From: Vulcanimicrobiota bacterium
GTDB taxonomy: Bacteria > Vulcanimicrobiota > Vulcanimicrobiia > Vulcanimicrobiales > Vulcanimicrobiaceae
DNA length: 64,000 bases
Direction: 5' to 3'
NCBI GenBank assembly: GCA_963733295.1
Contig: CAVTCS010000003.1
Coordinates: 352,001 to 416,000 of the forward strand
Part shown: positions 38,085 through 47,421 of the stretch, in pieces
Numbering within the stretch: position 1 is the first letter of the stretch
Layout: the number at the start of each line of letters is the position of its first letter
Program-made: the position numbers and the translations under genes
Notes under the pieces: model-generated
The model's database searches: none
Told to the model about the DNA's origin: nothing
The model's input: the letters and a program-made list of their open reading frames with translations, nothing else

Positions 38085-39566
38085 GTGCACTCGGTCTACC
38101 TCGGTCTCGGGTCGAATCTCGGGGAACGTCAAGGTAACATCCTGCAGGCGCTTCAGAAACTGCGCGCCGGCTGCCGGATCGAAGCGGTTTCGTCGTATTA
38201 CGAGACCCAACCGCAATCCGGCGTGGCGGGTCCCGCTTTCCTCAACGTCGCCGCGAAAGTTGCGACGGAGCTCGAGCCGGCGGCGTTCGAGAATTTCGCG
38301 CGGGGCGTGGAGGTGGCGGTCGGGCGTCAACGCGCCGGCCACCTCGCGGCGCGTGCGATCGACATCGACGTGCTGCTCGTCGACGATCTCGAGGAAGACT
38401 TCGGCCGCTTCGAAGTGCCCCATCCGTACCTGGGGCAGAGGCCCTTCAACCTCATCCCGCTCGCGGAGATCGCTCCCGACGTGATCGTTCCCGGTACGGG
38501 GAAAACGGTCGCCGAGCTGGCTCGTGGTCTCGATCGTACGGGCGTTGCGAAGAAGGAGCGCTCGCTGCACTTCTTCGCGAACCGGCAGGAAGAAGAACCC
38601 GAGGTCAAGCTTTCGATCGATCGCGCCGGAGTCTCGAAGATCAAGCGCATCGTGCGGCTCGACATCGGCGGTCGCGAAACGGTCTTCAACGGTGAGTTCA
38701 CGATGGTCGCGGACCTCGCGCCCCACCGGGCCGGCCTGCACATGTCGCGCTTTTCCGAGTTGCTCGAGGAGGCGACCCTCGAAGTTTTGGGGCGCAGCCA
38801 GAAGCCCGGCCGCATCGAAGACATCGTCTCGCAGATCGCGCGGGAGGTCGTGGGTTCGCAGCAGGCGCTCCGCGCCGACGTGCGGCTGCGGGCGGATTTC
38901 GGACTCGAGCGCTGGACGCCGGTCAGCGGAATGCGCGGTGAGGAAACCTACGCGCTGCTCGGCATTGCGCACGCCGATCGCGACGGCGTCCGTCGAGTCG
39001 TCGGCGTCGAAGCGGAAGGCATGACCGCGTGCCCTTGCGCGCAGCTGATGGTTCGCGAGCATTCGCTGCGCGAACTCGCCGAGGCCGGCTTTAGCGAGAG
39101 CGATGCGAACCGCGCTCTCGACGCGCTGCCCGTCGCCACGCACAACCAACGGGGACGCGGCGCGATATTGATCGGAGCGCCGGATGCCGCGGGGCTTGAG
39201 ATCCGGGCCGAAGATCTCGTCGAAATCGTCGAGAACTCGATGTCGAGCGAGACCTACGATTTGCTCAAGCGGCCGGACGAGTTCTTCATCGTCAACAAGG
39301 CCCATCACAATCCGAAGTTCGTCGAAGACGTCGTCCGCGGAATCCTGGCCCGCGCCCTCGATGTCTACGCCGACTTTCCGGACTCGACGTTCGTTTCGGC
39401 GTCGCAAGTCAACTACGAATCGATCCACAAGCACGATGCGTTCGCCGAAGCATTCGGGACCTTCGGCGAGCTGCGAGCCGAGTTGCGCAGCGGTGCGTAC
39501 GACGGCCGCAAGACCGACCTCGCGACGTGGCTTGGCACGCGTCCGTCGCCGGTCGTCGCCGGATGA
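38085..39566 (+). CDS. folK-folE2: Fused HPPK (FolK) and GTP cyclohydrolase FolE2/MptA
   Basis: N: YLGLGSNLG, IDIDVL, VPHP..RPF..IPL. C: GLHMSRF, GMTACPCAQ, THNQRG, NPKFVEDVVR, ESIHKHDA. Confidence 0.9.
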   Translation: MHSVYLGLGSNLGERQGNILQALQKLRAGCRIEAVSSYYETQPQSGVAGPAFLNVAAKVATELEPAAFENFARGVEVAVGRQRAGHLAARAIDIDVLLVDDLEEDFGRFEVPHPYLGQRPFNLIPLAEIAPDVIVPGTGKTVAELARGLDRTGVAKKERSLHFFANRQEEEPEVKLSIDRAGVSKIKRIVRLDIGGRETVFNGEFTMVADLAPHRAGLHMSRFSELLEEATLEVLGRSQKPGRIEDIVSQIAREVVGSQQALRADVRLRADFGLERWTPVSGMRGEETYALLGIAHADRDGVRRVVGVEAEGMTACPCAQLMVREHSLRELAEAGFSESDANRALDALPVATHNQRGRGAILIGAPDAAGLEIRAEDLVEIVENSMSSETYDLLKRPDEFFIVNKAHHNPKFVEDVVRGILARALDVYADFPDSTFVSASQVNYESIHKHDAFAEAFGTFGELRAELRSGAYDGRKTDLATWLGTRPSPVVAG

Positions 39567-39577
39567 ACGAGCGCTAA

Positions 39578-40819
39578 CTGCCGGACTTCGAGATTTGGGC
39601 GTCGCCGGAGCCGACGTTCGCGCGAATCGATGCGACGACCGTCCGTGACGTGCTCTCCGAAACCGGGCACGAGCGTCGCCATTCCGACATCGCACTGCTG
39701 GGCATGCTCGGCGTCGCGGCTACGCGCTATCCCGTGCTCTGGGAAAAGACCGCACCCGGCGATCCGGCAAAACCCGATGTCGCCTGGGCTCGCGCCCGCC
39801 TCGACGCGCTCGAGCAGCGCAATCTCGAACCGATCGTCACGCTCCTGCATCACGGCAGCGGTCCGGCGCACACCAGCCTGACGGATCCCGAGTTTCCGGA
39901 GAAGTTCGCGGCGTATGCGGGCGCGATCGCGGCGGCCTTCCCCTGGATCCTGCGCTGGACGCCGATCAACGAGCCGCTGACGACGGCGCGCTTCTCGACG
40001 CTCTACGGCCTGTGGTATCCGAACAGCCGTGACGATTCGGCTTTCGGGCACGCGATCGCGCACGAAGCGCTCGGCATGCTGCTCGCGATGGAAGCGATTC
40101 GGCGCAGCGTTCCCGACGCTCACTTCGTGCTGACCGAAGATCTGCAGAGCTTTACCGCACTTGACGCCGGCCGGGACGCGGACGCCCGCCATCAGTCGGA
40201 GCGCATGTACCTCTCGATCGAGCTCGTGATGGGTCGCGTCGTTCCCGGGCACGCGCTGTACCGCTATCTCAACGAGACCTGCAACGTCGCGAGCGCTCTG
40301 CTGAACCGGATCGCCGAACGCGCCTGTGCGCCCGAACTCATCGGTTGGAATTACTATCCGAACTCGGAACGCGTTCTGGCTGACGGCCCGGAAGGCGCGG
40401 AGCTCGACCTGCCGCGCGTCGTGCACGCGCCCGGCAGCATTTCACCGCGCCCCTTGCTCGCCGCGGCGCACGAGCGTCTCGGCTTGCCGTTCGGGATCGG
40501 CGAAGTGCACGTCAACGCCGGCGAGAACGCCCGCGTGCGCTGGCTCGTGCAGCGCTACGACGACCTGAGCGCGCTCGAAGAAGAGGGCTTTCCGGTCCGG
40601 ATGCTCGGCGCTTGGGCCGCCTTCGGCTCGATCGATTGGGATTCGCTGCTCACCCGGCGCGAAGACTATCGCGAGGACGGAATCTTCGCGTTCGCGCCCG
40701 CGGGCGAGCGGCCTCGCCCCACTGCGGTTGCCGACGCCGTGCGCGCGATGGCGCGCGGCGAACGTCCCGATCTTCCCGAAGAACCGGGCTGGTGGGAAAC
40801 GACCGGCGCCCCGCGTTGA
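39578..40819 (+). CDS. GH1-like glycoside hydrolase
   Basis: RYPVLWE, TLLHHGSGP, WTPINEP, GEVH; coding-like frame begins before GTG 39650; start problematic (see findings). Confidence 0.8.
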   Translation: MPDFEIWASPEPTFARIDATTVRDVLSETGHERRHSDIALLGMLGVAATRYPVLWEKTAPGDPAKPDVAWARARLDALEQRNLEPIVTLLHHGSGPAHTSLTDPEFPEKFAAYAGAIAAAFPWILRWTPINEPLTTARFSTLYGLWYPNSRDDSAFGHAIAHEALGMLLAMEAIRRSVPDAHFVLTEDLQSFTALDAGRDADARHQSERMYLSIELVMGRVVPGHALYRYLNETCNVASALLNRIAERACAPELIGWNYYPNSERVLADGPEGAELDLPRVVHAPGSISPRPLLAAAHERLGLPFGIGEVHVNAGENARVRWLVQRYDDLSALEEEGFPVRMLGAWAAFGSIDWDSLLTRREDYREDGIFAFAPAGERPRPTAVADAVRAMARGERPDLPEEPGWWETTGAPR

Positions 40820-41940
40820 AGATCGAAGCTCTGATCGCCGGCTCGCACTTGCGCTTCGACGGCGTTTGGCAGCGCCCGCAGCAGCTGCTCTCGCGCATCG
40901 CAAAGCGCGTCCCGGTGCTCTTCGTCGAGGAACCGTTTGCTGCCGGCGACGAACGGGACGCGACCTTCGAACGGGGCGAGATCACGGTCCTGCGCCCCTT
41001 TCGGCGCGCGCCGGGCGACGCGCGCATAGATGCGGCTACGATCGAGGCGGCTCGCCGCTGGCTCGGAACGCGCCGGGGAGCGCTGTGGCTTTACACGCCG
41101 ATGATGCTCGACCTGGCGGCTGCGTTTGGGGAAGCGCCGCTCGTCTTCGACTGCATGGACGACCTCGCGTCCTTCGACTTCGCTCCCGCTGGGATGCGCG
41201 AGCGCGAACGCGCCCTGCTCGCGCGCGCCGACTTGATCTTCGCCGGCGGACGTTCGCTTTACGAGAAACGGCAAAAGGCCGGCGAACGCTTAAAGCTCTA
41301 TCCGAGCGGCGTTGAGTTCGAGCTCTTCGCAAAGACGGCTGCACTCGAAATGCATCCGCTCGTCGCGGCGCTCGACCGGCCGGTGTTTGGTTACGTCGGC
41401 GTTATCGACGAACGTCTCGATCTGGCGGTCGTGCGCGAGCTTGCGCGGCGCGAATGCCAGATCGTGTTCCTCGGACCGGTTTCCAAGATCGATCCGGCGG
41501 TCTTGCCTCGCGCACCCAACGTGAACTTCACCGGCCCGGTTCCGTACCTCGAGCTGCCGAGTTTTCTCGCGGGTTTTGACGTAGCGCTGCTTCCGTTTGC
41601 GCGCAACGCGGCAACCGCGAACATCTCGCCGACGAAGACGCCCGAGTATCTCGCCGCGGGTCTTCCGGTCGTCACGACGCCGATCGCCGACGTCGTGAGG
41701 GATTGGGGTGATGTCGTGCAGGTCGCGCAGACGCCCGGCGAGTTTGCCGATGCGTGTTTTGCGGCCTTGACTCCCGACCGCGCACGGCGCGAGCGCGGTC
41801 GCGAACGGGCCAAGATGGTCACCTGGGACGCGATCGCGGATGCGATGTGGCGCGACCTGGAACTAGTTCTTCCGGCGAGGCAGATTCCAGCGCAGCATCA
41901 CCCGGATCGTCCAGCTGGGCGTGCCTGCGACGGCCACTAG
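40816..41940 (+). CDS. GT-B glycosyltransferase of the glf-associated type
   Basis: TTGA overlap; HLRFDGVWQRPQQL, DCMDDL, GVIDERLD, ISPTKTPEYLAAG. Confidence 0.9.
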   Translation: MKIEALIAGSHLRFDGVWQRPQQLLSRIAKRVPVLFVEEPFAAGDERDATFERGEITVLRPFRRAPGDARIDAATIEAARRWLGTRRGALWLYTPMMLDLAAAFGEAPLVFDCMDDLASFDFAPAGMRERERALLARADLIFAGGRSLYEKRQKAGERLKLYPSGVEFELFAKTAALEMHPLVAALDRPVFGYVGVIDERLDLAVVRELARRECQIVFLGPVSKIDPAVLPRAPNVNFTGPVPYLELPSFLAGFDVALLPFARNAATANISPTKTPEYLAAGLPVVTTPIADVVRDWGDVVQVAQTPGEFADACFAALTPDRARRERGRERAKMVTWDAIADAMWRDLELVLPARQIPAQHHPDRPAGRACDGH

Positions 41941-42714
41941 GTTCTTCTCGAACTCGGCCGAACCGACGACCGGCGCGAGGAATTGGGCCAGCGGTAGCGC
42001 GGAGTTCGTCCCGAACGCTTTTTCGATCCGCACTCCCAGAGGGACGTCGATCCAAGTGCCTTGCACCCAATTGTACGTGAAGCTCATGCTCGAGGTGCCG
42101 ATCGCCCAACCGCGCGCAAGCGAGAGCAGTGCGCTCGGATCGATCTTCGTCTGCGCGACCTGCGTGCGAGACGATGGCCCGATCACAGAAAAATAGTTCG
42201 TGGTGGATATGCCGACCGTCCAATCGCCCGCAAAGCGATCGTAACCGGCCGCCGGTCCGATCGAATATTTTCCCGAGCCGAGCGACGAATCGCCGGCGGT
42301 CGGAAACTTCATCGTCGCACCGTACGTCCAGCGCCCGCCGGAAACGCTGCTGACCGCGAGATAGTAGAGCGTCGAATCACCCACGCCGGTGACGGCTTCG
42401 GGCGGAGAGGTCGTAACGAACGGAATCTTCACGCGAACGATATACTGCTGGCCGTTCTCGAGGTAGGGCAGCTGTCCGCGCAAGTTGAGCAGGACGCTCT
42501 GTCCGGTTTCGACGTCGTAATCCGGCGAATATTCTTCTTCGACGGAAACGTTGGGCCGTGGTGGCGGCAAGGTCGCAACCGCTTGCGGGCTCACAAGCGG
42601 CTGCGGGCTCGAAGGAGAAGGCGTGTCGGCGGAGCACGGCAAGCGCCACGGCGAGAACGCCGCGAGCGCGAGGAGCGACGCGGCAATGCGAGAGGCGGTT
42701 TTTGTGCCTGTTAT
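41863..42714 (-). CDS. Exported beta-rich, putative outer-membrane protein
   Basis: Signal-like ASLLALAAF; GVGDS, PTAGDSSLGSGKYSIGPA, YNW...W.DVPLG; start unclear; 78-bp convergent overlap with the GT. Confidence 0.6.
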   Translation of the reverse strand: MTGTKTASRIAASLLALAAFSPWRLPCSADTPSPSSPQPLVSPQAVATLPPPRPNVSVEEEYSPDYDVETGQSVLLNLRGQLPYLENGQQYIVRVKIPFVTTSPPEAVTGVGDSTLYYLAVSSVSGGRWTYGATMKFPTAGDSSLGSGKYSIGPAAGYDRFAGDWTVGISTTNYFSVIGPSSRTQVAQTKIDPSALLSLARGWAIGTSSMSFTYNWVQGTWIDVPLGVRIEKAFGTNSALPLAQFLAPVVGSAEFEKNLVAVAGTPSWTIRVMLRWNLPRRKN

Positions 42715-43889
42715 GTCCGCGATGCCGCGTGGCTCTCGAGTTCGGCGATCCGGCGGCGCAAGGACGGATGCGAAGAGAAGAGGAGTTCCATCCAGCGAGG
42801 CTGCTCGTCTTCGACCAAATTCTGTTCGCGAAGTTGTACGAATGCGGCGATTCCGGCGCCGGCGTCGTTGGTCGCTTCGAACGCAAAACGATCCGCAGCC
42901 TGTTCGCGCGAACGAGAGAATGCCGCAAGCAACGGACCCGCCGCCATGCCGAGCGCCGACGCCACGAACAACAACCGCGCGATGCCCGTCGCCGACGAAA
43001 GCGAACGGACGCCACGATCGGCGAACGCCTGCGCGCCGAACAGGACGCCGGCCGCCGCGGCCGTTCCGGCGAAGACGCTGCGCCACACGTCTCCACTCAC
43101 GTAGTGCCCGAGTTCGTGCGCGACGACGAACTCGGCCGATGCCTCGGGAAAGCGTTTGATGAGCGTGTCTCCGATAACGATGCGGTGCGCTCCGAAAAGG
43201 CCGGTGACGTAGGCGTTCGCCTTTTCGGTTTGCCGGCTCATGTCGACGCGCAGAATCAGCGCGTTCCCTACGCCGTACCGCGCCGCCAACGAACGCAGCC
43301 GCTTCTCGAGCTCGCCGTCCAATGGCTCGAAGCGGTTAAAAAGCGGCGCGATATAGTTCGGCGCGACGACGTTGGCCAAGAGCAACAGCGGAAACGCTGC
43401 GACGGTCGCGTACGCGGGCCACGTGCGCGGCGCGCGCTCGATCGCACTGGCGAGAATTTCGAGGAGCGGCAATCCCACCGCGAGTGAGACGCCGGCAGAT
43501 TTGAGCTGGTCGAGCAGCCAGTCGCGTCCACTCTGTTTGGAGAGACCGTACCGGCGCTCGAGCACGAAACTCTCGACGTAGTCCGTGGGAAGATCGACCA
43601 GGCTCGAGAGGGCCAAACCGGCGGCGATGCGCGCGATGCGGCGCGGGCGCGGGTGATCCTCGACGGGTGGCTCGAGCGCCGGCCCCAGCCCGTACGCGAC
43701 GACTCCGAGCGTCGCGAGCGAGCGGAGCATGCCGGCCAACATCAACTGCCGGCGCAGGTGCCCGTAGGCCTTGGCATCGGCCTGCAAGTTCGAATAGGGC
43801 GAGAAGCGGTCGCGGACGGCCTCGTAGCCACGCCACGCCGTATAGCCCAAGACGAATCCGCCTGCCGAACCGATGAGAAAGCGCCGCAC
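42711..43889 (-). CDS. M48 (Ste24-like) membrane metallopeptidase
   Basis: ANAYVTG, HELGH, EQAADRFA, SHPSL. Confidence 0.92.
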   Translation of the reverse strand: MRRFLIGSAGGFVLGYTAWRGYEAVRDRFSPYSNLQADAKAYGHLRRQLMLAGMLRSLATLGVVAYGLGPALEPPVEDHPRPRRIARIAAGLALSSLVDLPTDYVESFVLERRYGLSKQSGRDWLLDQLKSAGVSLAVGLPLLEILASAIERAPRTWPAYATVAAFPLLLLANVVAPNYIAPLFNRFEPLDGELEKRLRSLAARYGVGNALILRVDMSRQTEKANAYVTGLFGAHRIVIGDTLIKRFPEASAEFVVAHELGHYVSGDVWRSVFAGTAAAAGVLFGAQAFADRGVRSLSSATGIARLLFVASALGMAAGPLLAAFSRSREQAADRFAFEATNDAGAGIAAFVQLREQNLVEDEQPRWMELLFSSHPSLRRRIAELESHAASRT

Positions 43890-43906
43890 GCGAGAAGCAG
43901 TACGCC

Positions 43907-45409
43907 GTGAAGCTGCTCGTCAACTGCCGCGCGTACGTCTTCGACCCGCATTCGCGAAGCTACACGCGCCGCGAAGCGCTCGGTATCGACGGCTCTCGGC
44001 TCTGCGGGTTCGATCCGGCCGAGGCTGGGAACGGCGTCGAGCGCATCGACCTCGACGGGGCGATCGTCGTTCCGGCATTTGCCGATTGCCACGTGCACTT
44101 CGCCGAGAGCGGCTACAGCGTCGGCGCGCGAGATTTTCGCGATGTCCGGAGCTATTCCGAGTTCGGCGCACGTATCGCCCGGCTCGAACCCGACGGGGAC
44201 TACCTCATAGCGGGGAACTTCGACGATTCGAGCTGGAACGACGCGTCCGCCGACGCGCGTCCGCTCGAACGTTTTCACGCGGAACGGCTTGCACTGCTTA
44301 CGCGAGTCGACGCGCATTCGTGCTTGGTAAACCGCCGCACGTTCGAGGCGTTGGCCCTCGACCCGCAGTTGGCTGGGATCGATCGCGATCGTGAGGGTCG
44401 CCCCACGGGACGTCTCTTCCTCGCCGCGAACTGGGCCGCGCAACAGCACTTCTACGCGCGTCTTCCCCAAAGCGTCCGCCGTGCATCCGAACGGCGCGCC
44501 TACGCTCTCGCGCTCTCGGAAGGCGCGGTCCACCTGCACGCGCAGCTCTTGGGACTCGGCTCGCGCGACGCATACGCGGCGGAAATCGCGGCGCTGCGCG
44601 CGCTTGGGCCTATGAAGTGGTATCCGAAGATCTGCGAGCGCGATCCCGAGCTGGCCGTCGCGCTGGGTCTGCCCTTCGTCGGCGGCGACGTCTTTCTCGA
44701 CGGGTCGATCGGGAGCGGCTCGGCCGCGCTCTGCGCACCGTACGCCGATCGCGCGGGAAACGGTGAATTAGCGCTCGGCGATGCCGAGGTCCTCGACTTC
44801 TTCGCGCGCGCGGAGCAGCTCGGGGTCTCGGCCGGAGTTCACGCGATCGGCGATCGCGCGATCGAGCAATGTCTCGCGGCCTGGGAAGAAGTTCTCGGCG
44901 GGCGTCCGAGTTCGCGCGCGCGGCACTTCGTCGAACATTTCGAGCTTGCGACGCCCACGCAGATCGCGCGCAGCGCTCGCTTGGGCTTACTGCTCTCGAT
45001 GCAGCCGCAGTTCGACGCCGCTTGGGGCGGTCCGGGCGGCATGTACGAGACGCGACTCGGTATCGAGCGCGCGGCTTCGATGAACGCGCTGCGCACTGCG
45101 CTAAGAGAAGGCGCGACGCTGTGCGGAGGCGACGACAGCCCGGTCTGCCGGCTCTCGCCCTTGCGTGGAATGGCCGCCGCGGTCGCTCACCACAACCCGG
45201 CGCAGCGGCTGACGCCGCTCGAAGCGTTGACGATGTACACCGCGGACGCGGCGCGTCTCGGACATGCCGAACATCGGACCGGCAGGCTGGCGGAAGGCTA
45301 CGACGCCGACCTCGTCGTGCTCGACCGCGATCCGTTCGACGACGGCGACTTCGCCGCAACGCGAATCATGCAGACGTGGATCGACGGCAACCTGGTTCAC
45401 GAAGGCTGA
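43907..45409 (+). CDS. Amidohydrolase-3 (YtcJ-like)
   Basis: PAFADCHVH, DGSIGS, HAIGD, EH, G..ADLVVLD. Confidence 0.9.
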   Translation: MKLLVNCRAYVFDPHSRSYTRREALGIDGSRLCGFDPAEAGNGVERIDLDGAIVVPAFADCHVHFAESGYSVGARDFRDVRSYSEFGARIARLEPDGDYLIAGNFDDSSWNDASADARPLERFHAERLALLTRVDAHSCLVNRRTFEALALDPQLAGIDRDREGRPTGRLFLAANWAAQQHFYARLPQSVRRASERRAYALALSEGAVHLHAQLLGLGSRDAYAAEIAALRALGPMKWYPKICERDPELAVALGLPFVGGDVFLDGSIGSGSAALCAPYADRAGNGELALGDAEVLDFFARAEQLGVSAGVHAIGDRAIEQCLAAWEEVLGGRPSSRARHFVEHFELATPTQIARSARLGLLLSMQPQFDAAWGGPGGMYETRLGIERAASMNALRTALREGATLCGGDDSPVCRLSPLRGMAAAVAHHNPAQRLTPLEALTMYTADAARLGHAEHRTGRLAEGYDADLVVLDRDPFDDGDFAATRIMQTWIDGNLVHEG

Positions 45410-46143
45410 ACGAATCCGAGCTTCGCTTCGAACAGCGCGACCATCGTCCGCCAATGGCGCTCCGCCGCGGCAGCATCGTACACCGGCAAGTCGCGAAAAA
45501 CCCAACCGTGCTGGGCGGGGTACGTCTCGATCTTGTGCTCCACGCCGGCGTCGGTCAGCGCTTTTTCCAGCCGCACTTTCATGTCGTCCGGAAATGACTG
45601 GTCCTCACTCGCGCCCGCAACGTAGACGCGCGCTTTCATTTTTGGAGCGAGAAGATGCGGGCTGTCCGGCGCATCGCTGGCAAGCCGGCCGGCGTGGTAG
45701 GTGGCCGTCGCGGCAATGCGATCCGGGTACGTGCCGCACGCTGTGAGCGACATTAGGCCGCCCATGCAGTAACCCGTGGTTCCGATCCCGCCAGGCTTGA
45801 CGTCGGGCTGTTCTCCCAGGAAGTCGAGGAACGCGCCGGTGTCCGACATGATGTTTTGCGCAGTCGCCGGCCCAAAGAATTTCTCCATGAGCACCTTACG
45901 TTTCTCAGGATCGCTAAAGACCGTCGCGTCCATCGGCTCGTACGGTCCCGACCGGTAAAACAGATCCGGCAAAAGGACGAAGTAGCCGTACGTCGCGAGC
46001 CGCTCGCCGAGCTCGAGCATCGCCGGACGAATGCCGACGCCGTCCATGAAGACGAGAACTGCAGGCCAAGGACCGCTGCCGCTAGGCCGATATACGTAGC
46101 TCGGACAAATCCCGTCGCGGGTCTTAATTTCAACTTTGCTCAT
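45397..46143 (-). CDS. Dienelactone hydrolase family
   Basis: PDLFYR, GYCMGG, HGW. Confidence 0.92.
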   Translation of the reverse strand: MSKVEIKTRDGICPSYVYRPSGSGPWPAVLVFMDGVGIRPAMLELGERLATYGYFVLLPDLFYRSGPYEPMDATVFSDPEKRKVLMEKFFGPATAQNIMSDTGAFLDFLGEQPDVKPGGIGTTGYCMGGLMSLTACGTYPDRIAATATYHAGRLASDAPDSPHLLAPKMKARVYVAGASEDQSFPDDMKVRLEKALTDAGVEHKIETYPAQHGWVFRDLPVYDAAAAERHWRTMVALFEAKLGFVQPS

Positions 46144-46229
46144 TAGCTCTTGTTCTAGCATGATCTAAATACGACATCGAGGGCGCATTCCACGATGCGG
46201 AAACACGTCAGAGACGAGGAGACTTCAGG

Positions 46230-47399
46230 ATGACGACAAGACGTTCGATTCTGAGCGGCGGAGCAGTTCTCGCTGCCTCCACCCTAGGACCGGCGAGCGG
46301 CAACGCCGCCGGCTGCCCACACTGTGGACGGCTCTTGGCGAACGAGCTCGCGCAAGCACCATCGAGTGCGGTTGCGCCACGGCCACTCAAGCGGGTGCCG
46401 GCGATTCGCTTCGACTCCGTGCCCGATTTCATCAAACTCCCCGACGGTCTCTATTTAGGCGAATGCCCGGGCATCGCGACGAATTCGAAGGGCAACGTCT
46501 ACATTTTCTCGCGCGGCAACACGACCGGTCCGGCGTACGGGGCCGCTGCCTCGCAGCTTCTCGAGTTCGACCCCGACGGCCGTTACGTACGCGAGATCGG
46601 GCACAATCTCTACGCCTGGTCGTTCGCGCATACGGTAAAGGTCGATCGCTACGACAACGTGTGGTGCACCGACAAAGGCTCGGATACGGTCGTCAAATTT
46701 CGCCCCGACGGCCGCGTTGCGATGGTTTTCGGACGTAAACAGGAGGCTTCCGACGAGGGAACTGGTCCGCTGAAACATCCAAATCCGCCGCTCCCACCCG
46801 AGGATGGCCGGTTCCGGCAAGTCACCGACGTCGCGTGGGACAGCGACGACAACGTCTACATCAGCGACGGCTACATCAACTCGCGCGTAGCCAAAGCCGA
46901 CAAGGACGGCAATTGGTTGATGTCGTGGGGCACGCCTGGAACCGGGCCGAGTCAGTTCAATACGCCGCACAGTATCGCCGTCGACGCTCGCAACCGCGTC
47001 TACGTCGCGGATCGCGCCAACCGCCGCATCCAAGTCTTCGGCACGAAGGGCGAGTTCATCCGCGAGATCCACATCGACGTCGAATACGACCCGGACACCC
47101 GCCCGGCTATCGGAAACAAGCCCAGCGCATCTGCGCTGCAAACCGGAACGTTCGCACCGGGCGCGCCCTGGGCTCTCGCAATCTCACCGCCGCCGCATCA
47201 GTACCTGTATGCCTCCGACGCCTACCCTGGCCGCATCTATAAGATGACGCTGGACGGCGAGGTCATCGGCGTTCTCGGCAGCTCGGGAAAACAGCTAAAG
47301 CAATTCGGCTGGATTCACGAAATGGCCGCACCTTCAGAGAACGTGCTCTACGTCGCGGAAATCCTCAACTGGCGCGTGCAAAAGCTGATATTGCAGTAA
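46230..47399 (+). CDS. NHL-repeat protein, peptidyl-alpha-hydroxyglycine lyase-like, Tat-exported
   Basis: TRRSIL signal; YISDGYINSRV, FNTPHSIAVD, VADRANRRIQVF. Confidence 0.86.
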   Translation: MTTRRSILSGGAVLAASTLGPASGNAAGCPHCGRLLANELAQAPSSAVAPRPLKRVPAIRFDSVPDFIKLPDGLYLGECPGIATNSKGNVYIFSRGNTTGPAYGAAASQLLEFDPDGRYVREIGHNLYAWSFAHTVKVDRYDNVWCTDKGSDTVVKFRPDGRVAMVFGRKQEASDEGTGPLKHPNPPLPPEDGRFRQVTDVAWDSDDNVYISDGYINSRVAKADKDGNWLMSWGTPGTGPSQFNTPHSIAVDARNRVYVADRANRRIQVFGTKGEFIREIHIDVEYDPDTRPAIGNKPSASALQTGTFAPGAPWALAISPPPHQYLYASDAYPGRIYKMTLDGEVIGVLGSSGKQLKQFGWIHEMAAPSENVLYVAEILNWRVQKLILQ

Positions 47400-47421
47400 G
47401 CTTCCGCCGCGCGACCCAAAG

